A DNA stretch of 64,000 bases from an uncultured Clostridia bacterium (GCA_947510165.1 CANNSB010000004.1:23318-87317), one strand, 5' to 3'. Numbered from the stretch's first letter, positions 27,925 to 37,346 are shown. A program made the numbers and translations. Notes: generated by a model from the letters alone, not told the origin.

Positions 27925-28123
27925 TTGATTCTAAAATATCCTCAATTTTACAATTTAATGCAATGCAAACTTTCAAAAGTATATCTGTTGATATATTTGC
28001 ACCTTTACCTAGTTTAGCTATAGAAGCCGAACTAATGCCTGCGAGTTCTTGCAGGTCTTTTTTTTGCATTTCTTTGTCAATGAGAATCTTCCATAATTTG
28101 TTATAACTAATTCGCATTTGCAA
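27914..28123 (-). CDS. XRE-family helix-turn-helix protein (69 aa)
   Basis: KKDLQELAGISSASIAKLGKGANIS HTH pattern. AGGAGG RBS 6 nt upstream. Overlaps the Nudix start by 11 nt. Confidence 0.8.
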   Translation of the reverse strand: MQMRISYNKLWKILIDKEMQKKDLQELAGISSASIAKLGKGANISTDILLKVCIALNCKIEDILESIED

Positions 28124-28137
28124 CCTCCTGTATACCT

Positions 28138-29775
28138 CTAATTAGTTTCGTTCCATGCACGACCAAATAATTCGCCGCCATTTGGTGAAAGTCTTAATAT
28201 TTCTGTTTTATGCATTAGCTCTTGAGCATTTTTAGTATATGAACCTTCTTTATCTAAGGAAATGAATATTTGTTTATTGCTTTCGCTGTATATTTCCAAT
28301 ATTTTTTCAAGAGCCTTGTCTTCAATTTGTTTTAAAAGTATTGAGTCATGTACTAATACGGGTAAATTAGTCATTTGCAATGCGGCAATATCAAAAACAA
28401 TAAGTCCTTTATATTGCGATCCCGTACCACTATCATTAGGTGTGAAAAAATTATAGTGATCTGCATCAGTTATTGTTAATGTTGGTGCAGTCTTTTTCCC
28501 TTCGTATATGGTATCATTTAGTGTCTTCATTATTGAATTTATTTCTTCTTGTGTATTTGCAATAACCTCAATAACCAAAGCATCCAAACTGGCTTGTAAC
28601 CTTTTGTATCTGTCATGTAATTCGGATGTTTTTACATAATTACTATTAGAATCTATTAGTATTTGCAATTCTTTTTTTACAGTTGCATATCTATCTAAAA
28701 TTGCTTGTGAAACGTTAGGGATATCATTAATTTTAGAAATCTCTGATTCAATGGCTGTTATCTGTGAGGAAACTAAATCAATCATTGCCTGCAAACTAAC
28801 CGAGCTTTCTTTTAATTCTTTTTTTAACACATTGGTAAGTGTTTTATGAAAATGTTCTATATTTTCAAGATGTTCGATATTTACCTCTGGAAAAAATTCT
28901 ATTAATGCTTCGTAATTTTTTTGGATAGAATGCTTAGAATACTCATGATCTGCTTGAGATGTTTTGCGTTGCATTTCTAGGCGAGTTCTTTGGCGTTTAA
29001 AAGAAGATAATTGATGTCTTAAGTCTGCTAATTTTTGAGCCTTGATAGAATCCATATCAAGGAGTCCTTGATTACTCTTTCTCGCAAGTTCAGTTGATTC
29101 TTCTTCAAGTTCAATTATTCTTTTATCATTTTCTTTATAAGCTTTTTGTGTTGTAACAGCTTGAACAAATTTGTATTTTTGCGCCTTTTTAAAGGTACTT
29201 TCTTCATCCTTTGCAATGGTTGTTAATTTTTCTTGCTCTTCGATAGTAGAATACTTATCACATAATTTTATAAGTCCCTTGATTCCACCTTTTTCAGATT
29301 CTTGTGTTGCTTGTTTTAATGGATGCTTTTCGTCAAGAGTTTCCCTTCCATATACTCTAAAAAAACGTGCTACAGCACCACGAAGAGTTAATCCCGGAAG
29401 ACTTAAGCCATATTTTTCCGAGAGCAGTGCCATATACTTATCATTTGATACCGGTTGGATAACTTTATAGTCCTCATTACAAATATTAACTAACGTATAG
29501 TCCCCTGTAGACCTAGAGAAATAGAATGGCTCGTTATTAAATATAAATTTAAATTCTATTATGTGTACGCCAACGTTCATCTGCGTATCAACTGACTTTA
29601 AAATATAGTCGTCACCACCGAAAACAAAATCTAAAATCATTAGAAATGTTGATTTTCCAATAGAGTTTGAACCAGACTTACTACCAATTAGAGTATTAAG
29701 TCCTGCATTAAAAACAATTGGTGGCCTTATCTCTCCGTTTTCGATAAATTTATCACAACGTATTTCTTTCAACAT
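28138..29775 (-). CDS. ABC-3C/Lamassu LmuB-like ABC/SMC-type ATPase with coiled-coil insert (DUF2326/YydD-like)
   Basis: N-terminal GLNTLIGSKSGSNSIGKSTFLMILDFVFG P-loop, about 250 aa heptad-rich middle, C-terminal VLVHDS Walker B-like motif. Confidence 0.65.
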   Translation of the reverse strand: MLKEIRCDKFIENGEIRPPIVFNAGLNTLIGSKSGSNSIGKSTFLMILDFVFGGDDYILKSVDTQMNVGVHIIEFKFIFNNEPFYFSRSTGDYTLVNICNEDYKVIQPVSNDKYMALLSEKYGLSLPGLTLRGAVARFFRVYGRETLDEKHPLKQATQESEKGGIKGLIKLCDKYSTIEEQEKLTTIAKDEESTFKKAQKYKFVQAVTTQKAYKENDKRIIELEEESTELARKSNQGLLDMDSIKAQKLADLRHQLSSFKRQRTRLEMQRKTSQADHEYSKHSIQKNYEALIEFFPEVNIEHLENIEHFHKTLTNVLKKELKESSVSLQAMIDLVSSQITAIESEISKINDIPNVSQAILDRYATVKKELQILIDSNSNYVKTSELHDRYKRLQASLDALVIEVIANTQEEINSIMKTLNDTIYEGKKTAPTLTITDADHYNFFTPNDSGTGSQYKGLIVFDIAALQMTNLPVLVHDSILLKQIEDKALEKILEIYSESNKQIFISLDKEGSYTKNAQELMHKTEILRLSPNGGELFGRAWNETN

Positions 29776-29989
29776 AGTGAATTTCCTCCGTTTCTAGAAG
29801 TTCTATTTTTCCTAGGATATATAAGCAGTCCAAAATTTCGATATATTCTTGAATATTTGATACTTTAGATTTAACTTTTTTGTAGAGTTCTTGAGGTGTT
29901 AAATCCTCATTTTTTAAAGTTGTTAATACAATAGGAAATTTTGCCAATACACTTTCTTTGTACGAAGTTACTTTATTAGGAAATTTCAT
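29753..29989 (-). CDS. ABC-3C middle component / LmuC-like small helical protein
   Basis: 78 aa from ATG 29989 (GAGGTG RBS). Overlaps both neighbours. Size and position are typical of the middle gene. Confidence 0.5.
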   Translation of the reverse strand: MKFPNKVTSYKESVLAKFPIVLTTLKNEDLTPQELYKKVKSKVSNIQEYIEILDCLYILGKIELLETEEIHYVERNTL

Positions 29990-31157
29990 AAAACACCTCA
30001 CAATTCTGAATGAAGAACGAAACAATAATGTGACTAGCGGTCGAGTATTGTGTTCCCATTCCTGTATTTTGGATTATCCAATTAGATAATAGGTTTACTA
30101 TCTCATCTTGAGATTTATTTTGTCTATCCATTTCTAAAAAAGCAGCTCTTATTTCGGTAGCAATAAGTTGAAATGAAGAAATCTGAGAAAAGGTATCCTC
30201 AATAAAGCGATAATATGTAAGAACTTCATTAGTGATAGAGTGCTTTAAAAGAGGGTTTTCTAAAGAAATTTTTTTATAAATTGTTAATGCATCCATGGAT
30301 AATGAGCAGGAACTACCAGTACCGTTATATTGCGACAATGCATTTATTACATCGGTGATTTCTTCCTCAAGATTAAGTGTAGTTAATTTTTGCTGAAGTT
30401 GATAAGCACTAACATATTTCTGTTTTAATTTTGTTAGCTCTATATAGTCACCAAGTTCTGGAACTATTTCATAATTGAGAGCACAATCTTCGCAAAGGGT
30501 CATTTTGTTTTCGTTTGAATTGACTCTTTTAGGTGGATTTATCGCATTGGTGAAAGTTGTTACATCTGAGGAAGATAAATTATCTGGAAATATTTTAATG
30601 ACTGAATATTTTTTAATGCTTTGACCTTTTATATTTTTAACCAAAGGAGCATGGCAAAGTGGACACTCATTATTTACTTCTGATAATAAAGGTATATCAT
30701 CATATTCAACTGGCGATTCTATAGATTTATTTTGTCTATTTATCACATATAAAAAACTACGAGCAAGAAATTCGCCAATATTTCCTTTTTGGTATATAGT
30801 GCTTAAATTTATACGTGTATTATCAGAAACAGTATTATCAGAATCCATAATCGCAATAAGCCGTTCACATGAATCAGCAAATGAATGTGGGTTCAACTTA
30901 GGTACAACAATAGTTTCAAAATTTTCAACAGTCTTTGCAATGACTTCTGTTCTTGTAGAGGCTGTTTTTATTGCATCATGAATTTCGGTTTTACGATTTC
31001 TGAGATTAGATATCATTTTTGCATCTACATCAACAGTGACGGAGTTTTGTGTTGAAATAGTTTCAAGCAGTAAACGTCCAGCTGATTCATTTTTATTATC
31101 TTTTGCAAATCCATTTTGCATAGTCATCATATAAGACGAAATATTGTAATCACTCAT
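29976..31157 (-). CDS. ABC-3C third component / LmuA-like protein: unknown N-terminal domain, Cys4 ribbon, conserved C-terminal domain
   Basis: First gene of the trio. CPLCHAPL...LCEDCALNY. C-terminus ...IIVSFFIQNCEVFYEIS resembles the ABC-3C C-terminal-domain ending. No nuclease or hydrolase motif seen. Confidence 0.5.
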   Translation of the reverse strand: MSDYNISSYMMTMQNGFAKDNKNESAGRLLLETISTQNSVTVDVDAKMISNLRNRKTEIHDAIKTASTRTEVIAKTVENFETIVVPKLNPHSFADSCERLIAIMDSDNTVSDNTRINLSTIYQKGNIGEFLARSFLYVINRQNKSIESPVEYDDIPLLSEVNNECPLCHAPLVKNIKGQSIKKYSVIKIFPDNLSSSDVTTFTNAINPPKRVNSNENKMTLCEDCALNYEIVPELGDYIELTKLKQKYVSAYQLQQKLTTLNLEEEITDVINALSQYNGTGSSCSLSMDALTIYKKISLENPLLKHSITNEVLTYYRFIEDTFSQISSFQLIATEIRAAFLEMDRQNKSQDEIVNLLSNWIIQNTGMGTQYSTASHIIVSFFIQNCEVFYEIS

Positions 31158-31572
31158 TATTAAACCTCCATTATGTTTAGTAGAAAAGTCATGGCAAAAC
31201 TACAGCAAAACCACGGCAAATACTTTTGTGTGGATAATTAGTAGAATATACCTGTAAGAGTTAGAAATAAACTTTAAAATAATTATATCACGAAAACACA
31301 CATTTTACTAGGAAGAAAAAATTTGTAATTGTAAATTTATTATGTACAGTTAAGAGATATTTCTTTTATATATTTGTGATGAGTGACAACCAAATATCAC
31401 AGGCCTGATTAGCTATAGGGCATGGGATACAAATATCGAACCAACCACAGTGAAAGCTATGGAAGATTCGATAGAAGTACCCTTATTTTCCTATGCGTTA
31501 ATTAGGTTTTTTTGTGTACTTCAATTTGTATCCTTTGTCCTTCTGCAAGAAACAGGCAGAAAGGAAAAAAAT

Positions 31573-32115
31573 ATGAAAATTAAAGTTTTATATGAAAACA
31601 ACATTAAAAAAGGATATGCGAATTACACAAAGATTGAGGTTCCAGATGATGACTACACCGTATTAATCAATATTGATTACGAACAGCGACTAAGCGAAGC
31701 TAAGCCTGAAAAACGTCATGAAGTACAAAAGTTCAATACCATGCAAGAGGTCTTTGATGAGATGAATAAGAAAGAATACAACGCTCAGCGTAGGTTTTAT
31801 CGTAATAAGGGAGAACTGAAAACACCATTTAAAAAAGAGGAGATGTTTGAGGCGGAAATAAATCCAATGGAATATATCCCAGATAACTCTCAAGAGGAAG
31901 AGCGAGCGACAAATTATGAGTATGAAGATCTTTGTCAAAAAATAAGACAAGCCTTGAAATCGGAATATGCTGAAGCTATTATTGCTGTGATTTTAGATGA
32001 GAAAACACCAGAAGAATATGCTGCCGAAATTAATATAGGAACTCAGGCTATGTATAAGCGTTTACAACGTGCTAAGAAAAAATGTAAAGAGGTTTTTAGA
32101 AAGTGTCCAATCTAA
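31573..32115 (+). CDS. sigma-70 region-4-like small regulator
   Basis: C-terminal PEEYAAEINIGTQAMYKRLQRAKKKCKEVF HTH. ATG 31573 preferred (GGAAAAA upstream); the 31450 extension is hydrophobic with no RBS. Confidence 0.5.
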   Translation: MKIKVLYENNIKKGYANYTKIEVPDDDYTVLINIDYEQRLSEAKPEKRHEVQKFNTMQEVFDEMNKKEYNAQRRFYRNKGELKTPFKKEEMFEAEINPMEYIPDNSQEEERATNYEYEDLCQKIRQALKSEYAEAIIAVILDEKTPEEYAAEINIGTQAMYKRLQRAKKKCKEVFRKCPI

Positions 32116-32175
32116 GACCCCCTCGTGGCTATTAGGTATGAAGTTAATTTTCAAAACTATAAGGAGGTCATTAAG

Positions 32176-32955
32176 ATGACAAATTTACAAGTATTTCAAA
32201 ATGCAGAGTTTGGTTCTGTAAAAGCAGTTGAAGTTAAGGGGAATCCATATTTTGTGGGCAAAGATGTAGCGGAGATTTTGGGGTATAGCAGACCAGATCA
32301 TGCTATTAATAACCATGTAGATGATGAGGATAAGCTGATGTATCAAATCAATACATCAGGTCAAAACAGACAAATGTATATTATAAACGAAAGTGGTCTG
32401 TATAGCCTTATTTTCTCTAGTAAAATGCCAAAAGCAAAAGAGTTTAAACACTGGGTAACGGGTGATGTTTTACCACAAATCCGCCAGCATGGTGCATATT
32501 TAACCACAGAGAAATTAGAAGAAGTAATGAATGATCCTGATGCTTGGATTAAGGTACTTACTACATTAAAAGAGGAACGTTTGCAAAAAGAACAGTTACA
32601 GCTTGAACTTGCAGAAACTGCACCCAAAGTTGTATTTGCAGATGCCGTGACAGTTTCTGATACTACAATTCTCATTGGAGAACTTGCAAAACTATTAAAA
32701 GGCAATGGTATTGAGATAGGACAAAATCGTTTATTTGAAAGATTGCGTAATGAGGGATATCTTATCAAACGTAAAGGAACAGACTACAATGCACCTACCC
32801 AAATGGCAATGGAGCTAGGTTTATTCAAAGTAAAAGAAACAGCAATCACACATTCTGATGGTCATGTTACGATTTCTAAAACTACAAAAGTTACTGGCAA
32901 AGGACAGCAGTATTTCATCAATCGTTACTTAGGAAGTGAGGTTTTACATGGATAA
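32176..32955 (+). CDS. phage antirepressor (Bro-N plus KilAC/ANT domains)
   Basis: FQNAEFGSVKAVEVKGNPYFVGKDVAEILGY...ESGLYSLIFSSKMPKAKEFKHWVT Bro-N pattern. AAGGAGG RBS. Confidence 0.8.
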   Translation: MTNLQVFQNAEFGSVKAVEVKGNPYFVGKDVAEILGYSRPDHAINNHVDDEDKLMYQINTSGQNRQMYIINESGLYSLIFSSKMPKAKEFKHWVTGDVLPQIRQHGAYLTTEKLEEVMNDPDAWIKVLTTLKEERLQKEQLQLELAETAPKVVFADAVTVSDTTILIGELAKLLKGNGIEIGQNRLFERLRNEGYLIKRKGTDYNAPTQMAMELGLFKVKETAITHSDGHVTISKTTKVTGKGQQYFINRYLGSEVLHG

Positions 32956-33370
32956 GAAAATATTTAATGGTGAAGGGTATAAAGATTTGACAGCATATAA
33001 AGCAATTAAGAATGTGGAAAAGTTAGAGAATAAATGGGTCTATTTTCCACTTGTATATATTTGCTCACCTTATCGTGGAGATATTGAAATCAATACGGCT
33101 AGAGCGAGAAGATACAGTTATTTTGCTGTGACCAAAGACTGCATACCTATTACACCACACCTGCTTTTCCCACAGTTTATGGATGATGATAGCCCTGCCG
33201 AGAGAAGACTTGCAATGCATTTTAATTATGTGTTGCTCGGTAAATGCTCTGAAATTTGGGTGTTTGGTAACAAGGTTACGGAAGGTATGGCTTACGAGAT
33301 AAGTATTGCCAAAAAGAGAGTTATGAAAATCAGACACTTTGATAACCAGTTCAAGGAGGTAAGGGCATGA
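32948..33370 (+). CDS. DUF4406 / nucleoside 2-deoxyribosyltransferase-like protein
   Basis: VYICSPYRGD...IPITPHLLFP pattern typical of DUF4406. Confidence 0.5.
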   Translation: MDKKIFNGEGYKDLTAYKAIKNVEKLENKWVYFPLVYICSPYRGDIEINTARARRYSYFAVTKDCIPITPHLLFPQFMDDDSPAERRLAMHFNYVLLGKCSEIWVFGNKVTEGMAYEISIAKKRVMKIRHFDNQFKEVRA

Positions 33371-35607
33371 TACCATTTACCCTATATAAAGCTAATGTTA
33401 CAGGCGACGCAAAGAACTGTTTTTACCAAGGTGAAGTGAGGGTTACCGATGAACAGTCATTTGCTAATGCCATATCCCATGATCATGTTATGGCAAAGTA
33501 TAAAAAGAATTATCGAAGCAATGACAATTTTATAGAATCCAACTGTATGCCGTTTGATTGTGATAATGAACATAGTGATAATGATGCCGATTGGGTAACT
33601 CCGCTTGAAGTATCACTTGCGTTCCTAGATGTTGCCTTTGCGGTGGCGTACTCTAAAAGCCATATGAAAGCAAAAGGAAATCAGTCAGCAAGACCAAGAT
33701 TTCATGTATATTTTCCGATTGCTATGACAACATCAAAAAATGAATATGTGACACTGAAAAAGGATGTAGCCGATGTGTTTCCATACTTTGACAGTAAAGC
33801 TATGGATGCCGCAAGGTTTATGTATGGCACTTCCGGAGAAGTAGAGTTTTACGAGGGTAATATGACGATAGATGCTTTTCTTGGAGATAGAAATTTTGAG
33901 GATTGGGAGAACTCTTTAACGGAAATAGCTGAAGGTGGCAGAAACAACGCTATGAGCCATATCGCAGGCAAACTCATCATGAGGTATGGCAGTACAGATA
34001 AATCTTATGAAAAATTTCTAATACAAGCAGAAAAATGCAACCCTCCACTTCCAAGTGATGAATTAAAAACTATATGGCACAGTGCTGTAAAGTTTGGTTC
34101 AAAGATATCTTCACAAGAAGGATATATTCCACCTGAACAATATAATAGAGATTTCAATTTAAAACCAACAGACTTTTCTGATGTAGGTCAAGCAAGAGTT
34201 TTGGTAAGAGAATATGCTACTGCATTAGCCTTTTCCCCATCTACCGATTATCTTGTGTACAATGGTAGCTTTTGGGATGAATCAAAAGAAAAGGCGCAGG
34301 CTCATGCACAGGAATTGACGGACAAACAACTTGAAGAGTCTGAAACTGAGATGCTGAAAGCTATAGCGGAAATGAAGAAAAATGGTGCAATGGAACTTAT
34401 AGAAGAAATAGGAGAAAAGAAAGCAATCGCTATGTTTAGTGATATTCAATTAGCTACTTATCAAAACTATGAGCAAGCAAATATATATAAGAAATATGCT
34501 GTTAAAAGACGTGATTCAAAGTTTATTGCGAATGCGCTAAAAGAAGCAAGACCTATGTTACTCATAGAACAAAGCATTCTTGATAAAGATGAGTTTTTAT
34601 TAAACACTCCCTCAGTTACTCTAAATTTGAAATATGGAAATACCAAGGACCATGAAGCATTCGATTATATTACAAAGCAAACGAACCTTGACCCAACAGA
34701 CGAAGGCATGGATATTTGGCTTGCAGCACTGGACACAATCTTTCTTGGTGACAAAGAACTGATTGAATATGTTCAAAAAATTGTGGGTCTTAGTTCTATT
34801 GGCAAAGTTTATGTGGAAGCTCTTATCATTGCTTATGGAGAGGGGTCAAATGGTAAATCTACCTTTTGGAATGTTATCGCAAGAGTCCTTGGAACCTACA
34901 GTGGCACTATTTCAGCAGATATTTTAACTGTTGGGTGTAAGCGAAATGTAAAACCGGAACTTGCTGAAGCAAAAGGCAAAAGACTTCTCATTGCAGCAGA
35001 AATGGAAGAAGGTGTTCGTCTTAACACATCTAATGTCAAACAGCTATGTTCCACAGATAAAATCTCGGCTGAGAAGAAATATAAAGATCCTTTTTCGTAT
35101 GTGCCAAGCCACACTTTGGTGCTATATACAAACCACCTTCCAAGGGTTGGTGCGATTGATAATGGTACATGGAGAAGGCTTATTGTTATACCTTTTGGTG
35201 CTAAAATCAAGGGAAAAAGTGATATTAAAAACTACGCTGATTATCTTTTTGATAATGCAGGTGGTGCAATCCTTAAGTGGATACTTGAAGGAGCAAAAGC
35301 AATTATGGCTGATGATTATAAATTTGTGTTACCACAAAAGGTAAAGGATGCCATTGATAGTTACAAAGAAAATAATGATTGGCTTGGTAGCTTTTTATCG
35401 GAGTGTTGTGAACTAGATAAAGCCTATAGTGGAAAGTCAGGACAGCTATATTCGGAGTATCGTGCGTATTGCCTTAGAACTGGAGAATACACAAGGAGTA
35501 CTACAGATTTTTATTCTGCTTTGGAACTGGATGGATTTGAGAGAAAAAGAACAGCTACTGAACGAGTTGTAAAGGGATTAAAATTGAAATCTGAGTTTGT
35601 AAATTAA
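33367..35607 (+). CDS. bifunctional primase-polymerase / SF3 (D5, P4-type) helicase
   Basis: AEP motifs FDCDNEH and RFHVYFPI, PriCT-like GGRNNAMSHIAGKL, Walker A GEGSNGKST, Walker B LLIAAEMEEG. Confidence 0.85.
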   Translation: MIPFTLYKANVTGDAKNCFYQGEVRVTDEQSFANAISHDHVMAKYKKNYRSNDNFIESNCMPFDCDNEHSDNDADWVTPLEVSLAFLDVAFAVAYSKSHMKAKGNQSARPRFHVYFPIAMTTSKNEYVTLKKDVADVFPYFDSKAMDAARFMYGTSGEVEFYEGNMTIDAFLGDRNFEDWENSLTEIAEGGRNNAMSHIAGKLIMRYGSTDKSYEKFLIQAEKCNPPLPSDELKTIWHSAVKFGSKISSQEGYIPPEQYNRDFNLKPTDFSDVGQARVLVREYATALAFSPSTDYLVYNGSFWDESKEKAQAHAQELTDKQLEESETEMLKAIAEMKKNGAMELIEEIGEKKAIAMFSDIQLATYQNYEQANIYKKYAVKRRDSKFIANALKEARPMLLIEQSILDKDEFLLNTPSVTLNLKYGNTKDHEAFDYITKQTNLDPTDEGMDIWLAALDTIFLGDKELIEYVQKIVGLSSIGKVYVEALIIAYGEGSNGKSTFWNVIARVLGTYSGTISADILTVGCKRNVKPELAEAKGKRLLIAAEMEEGVRLNTSNVKQLCSTDKISAEKKYKDPFSYVPSHTLVLYTNHLPRVGAIDNGTWRRLIVIPFGAKIKGKSDIKNYADYLFDNAGGAILKWILEGAKAIMADDYKFVLPQKVKDAIDSYKENNDWLGSFLSECCELDKAYSGKSGQLYSEYRAYCLRTGEYTRSTTDFYSALELDGFERKRTATERVVKGLKLKSEFVN

Positions 35608-35611
35608 GAAA

Positions 35612-35714
35612 ATGACGGTCTATGACGGTTATATATAGAAAGTTCCTTATAGGTGTTTTTTAGTAAAAATAATGTATATAAGGGGTTTATGTAAAGAGTG
35701 TCATAGACTGTCAT
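35612..35714. repeat. iteron-like inverted repeats flanking an AT-rich spacer (candidate phage origin or operator)
   Basis: ATGACGGTCTATGAC (35612-35626) versus GTCATAGACTGTCAT (35700-35714), 14/15 complementary. Each arm holds two ATGAC copies 10 nt apart. Confidence 0.5.
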
Positions 35715-35734
35715 TATTATAGGAGAGTAATATT

Positions 35735-36016
35735 ATGCGTGAAAAATATATAGAACAAAAACTAGTAACAGCAGTAAAGCAAAAAGGTGGTCTTGCCCCT
35801 AAGTTTACTGCTATCGGATTTGATGGAATGCCCGACCGATTAATTTTGATGCCAGATGGGAAGATGGCATTTGTGGAAGTCAAGGCTCGTGGTAAAAAAC
35901 TAAGACCGTTACAACTTAAAAGAAAAAGGCAATTAGAACAGTTAGGTTTTTTGAGTTTTATACTTGATGATCCAGTAGCGATTGGAGGGATTTTAGATGA
36001 AGTACAAGCCACATAA
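35735..36016 (+). CDS. VRR-NUC domain nuclease
   Basis: GMPDRLILMPDGKMAFVEVKARGKKLRPLQ PD-(D/E)xK motif. Confidence 0.8.
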   Translation: MREKYIEQKLVTAVKQKGGLAPKFTAIGFDGMPDRLILMPDGKMAFVEVKARGKKLRPLQLKRKRQLEQLGFLSFILDDPVAIGGILDEVQAT

Positions 36017-37346
36017 TTACCAAGAATATGCAACCAAATTTGTAATAGAAAATCCTGTGTCAGCACTTCTACTTGAAATGGGACTCGGCAAAAGTGTGAT
36101 TACACTTACAGCAATATCTGACCTTTGTCTTGATTACTTTGATGTGGGTAAGGTTTTAGTAATAGCACCACTTAGAGTTGCATCTTCTACATGGCCGAGT
36201 GAAATTAAGAAGTGGGAACATCTAAAAGGACTTACCTACTCGGTGGCAATCGGAACAGAAGTTGAAAGGCTATCGGCACTTAAAGAAAAAGCAGATATTT
36301 ATTTAATCAATCGTGAGAATGTAGACTGGCTTGTAAATAAAAGTGGAGTACCATTTGACTTCGACATGGTAGTAATTGATGAACTCTCAAGTTTCAAGTC
36401 CGGACAAGTCAAAAGGTTTAAATCACTTGTAAAAGTAAGACCACTTGTTAAAAGAATTGTAGGTCTTACAGGAACGCCATCAAGTAACGGACTTATGGAT
36501 TTATGGGCAGAATTCCGTATTCTCGATCTTGGAGTAAGGCTTGGCAGATTTATCAGCCATTATCGGAGTAACTACTTTGTACCAGATAAAAGAAATGGGC
36601 AGATTATATTTTCCTATAAACCGAGAGCAGGTGCTGAAGATGAGATTTATAATGCCATATCAGATATAACCATTTCTATGAAATCAGCTGATTACCTCAA
36701 TATGCCTGACTGTGTGATGAATGAAGTGTTAGTAAAGTTATCAGAGCAAGAGAAAAAAGTGTATGAGAAGCTAAAATTTGAAATGGTTGTCACTTTGGTA
36801 GATGAGGAAATAGATGCAGTAAATGCAGCAGCACTTTCAAATAAGTTATTACAAATGGCAAATGGTGCTGTCTATGATGAAAATAAAAAGGTACATCATA
36901 TACATGATAGAAAACTTGATGCTTTAGAAGATTTAATCGAGGGAGCAAATGGCAAGCCTGTACTTATAGCTTATTGGTTTAAGCATGACCTTGAGAGAAT
37001 AACTAAAAAATTTGATATTAGAGAAATTAAAACGCCAAAGGATATATCCGATTGGAACAGCAGAAATATTCCAGTTGCAGTAATTCATCCAGCAAGTGCA
37101 GGACATGGCTTAAATCTTCAAGAGGGTGGCTCTTGTCTTATATGGTTTTCCCTTCCTTGGAGTTTAGAACTTTATCAGCAGACCAATGCAAGACTTCATC
37201 GTCAAGGTCAAAAGGATACGGTAGTGATTCATCATATAGTAGCTGATGATACCATTGATGAAGATATTATAAAAGCACTTAGCAAAAAAGAGAAAATACA
37301 GGATAGTTTAATAAGTGCAGTAAAAGTAAAACTTGGAGGTGGCTAA
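35997..37346 (+). CDS. SNF2-family DNA helicase/translocase
   Basis: LEMGLGKS (I), VIDELS (II), GTP (III), C-terminal QTNARLHRQGQ (VI). Confidence 0.85.
   Translation: MKYKPHNYQEYATKFVIENPVSALLLEMGLGKSVITLTAISDLCLDYFDVGKVLVIAPLRVASSTWPSEIKKWEHLKGLTYSVAIGTEVERLSALKEKADIYLINRENVDWLVNKSGVPFDFDMVVIDELSSFKSGQVKRFKSLVKVRPLVKRIVGLTGTPSSNGLMDLWAEFRILDLGVRLGRFISHYRSNYFVPDKRNGQIIFSYKPRAGAEDEIYNAISDITISMKSADYLNMPDCVMNEVLVKLSEQEKKVYEKLKFEMVVTLVDEEIDAVNAAALSNKLLQMANGAVYDENKKVHHIHDRKLDALEDLIEGANGKPVLIAYWFKHDLERITKKFDIREIKTPKDISDWNSRNIPVAVIHPASAGHGLNLQEGGSCLIWFSLPWSLELYQQTNARLHRQGQKDTVVIHHIVADDTIDEDIIKALSKKEKIQDSLISAVKVKLGGG

Noticed and set aside
31184-31196. A 13-nt direct repeat AAAAGTCATGGCA lies at 31184-31196, just upstream of the LmuA-like gene, and again at 63590-63602, just after the endolysin. 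The two copies bracket the phage core like attL and attR.
   Set aside because: No integrase or recombinase lies between the copies. The sequence after the right copy does not return to the AT-rich composition of the cargo arm. Several chance 13-mer matches are expected in 64 kb of AT-rich DNA. It is still worth a quick check against related genomes, but it is not supported as an att core.
31450-31572. A 41-codon N-terminal extension of the sigma-like ORF is in the track (track start 31450).
   Set aside because: The extension is hydrophobic, starts at GTG without an RBS and crosses the compositional boundary. The ATG at 31573 has a purine-rich RBS.
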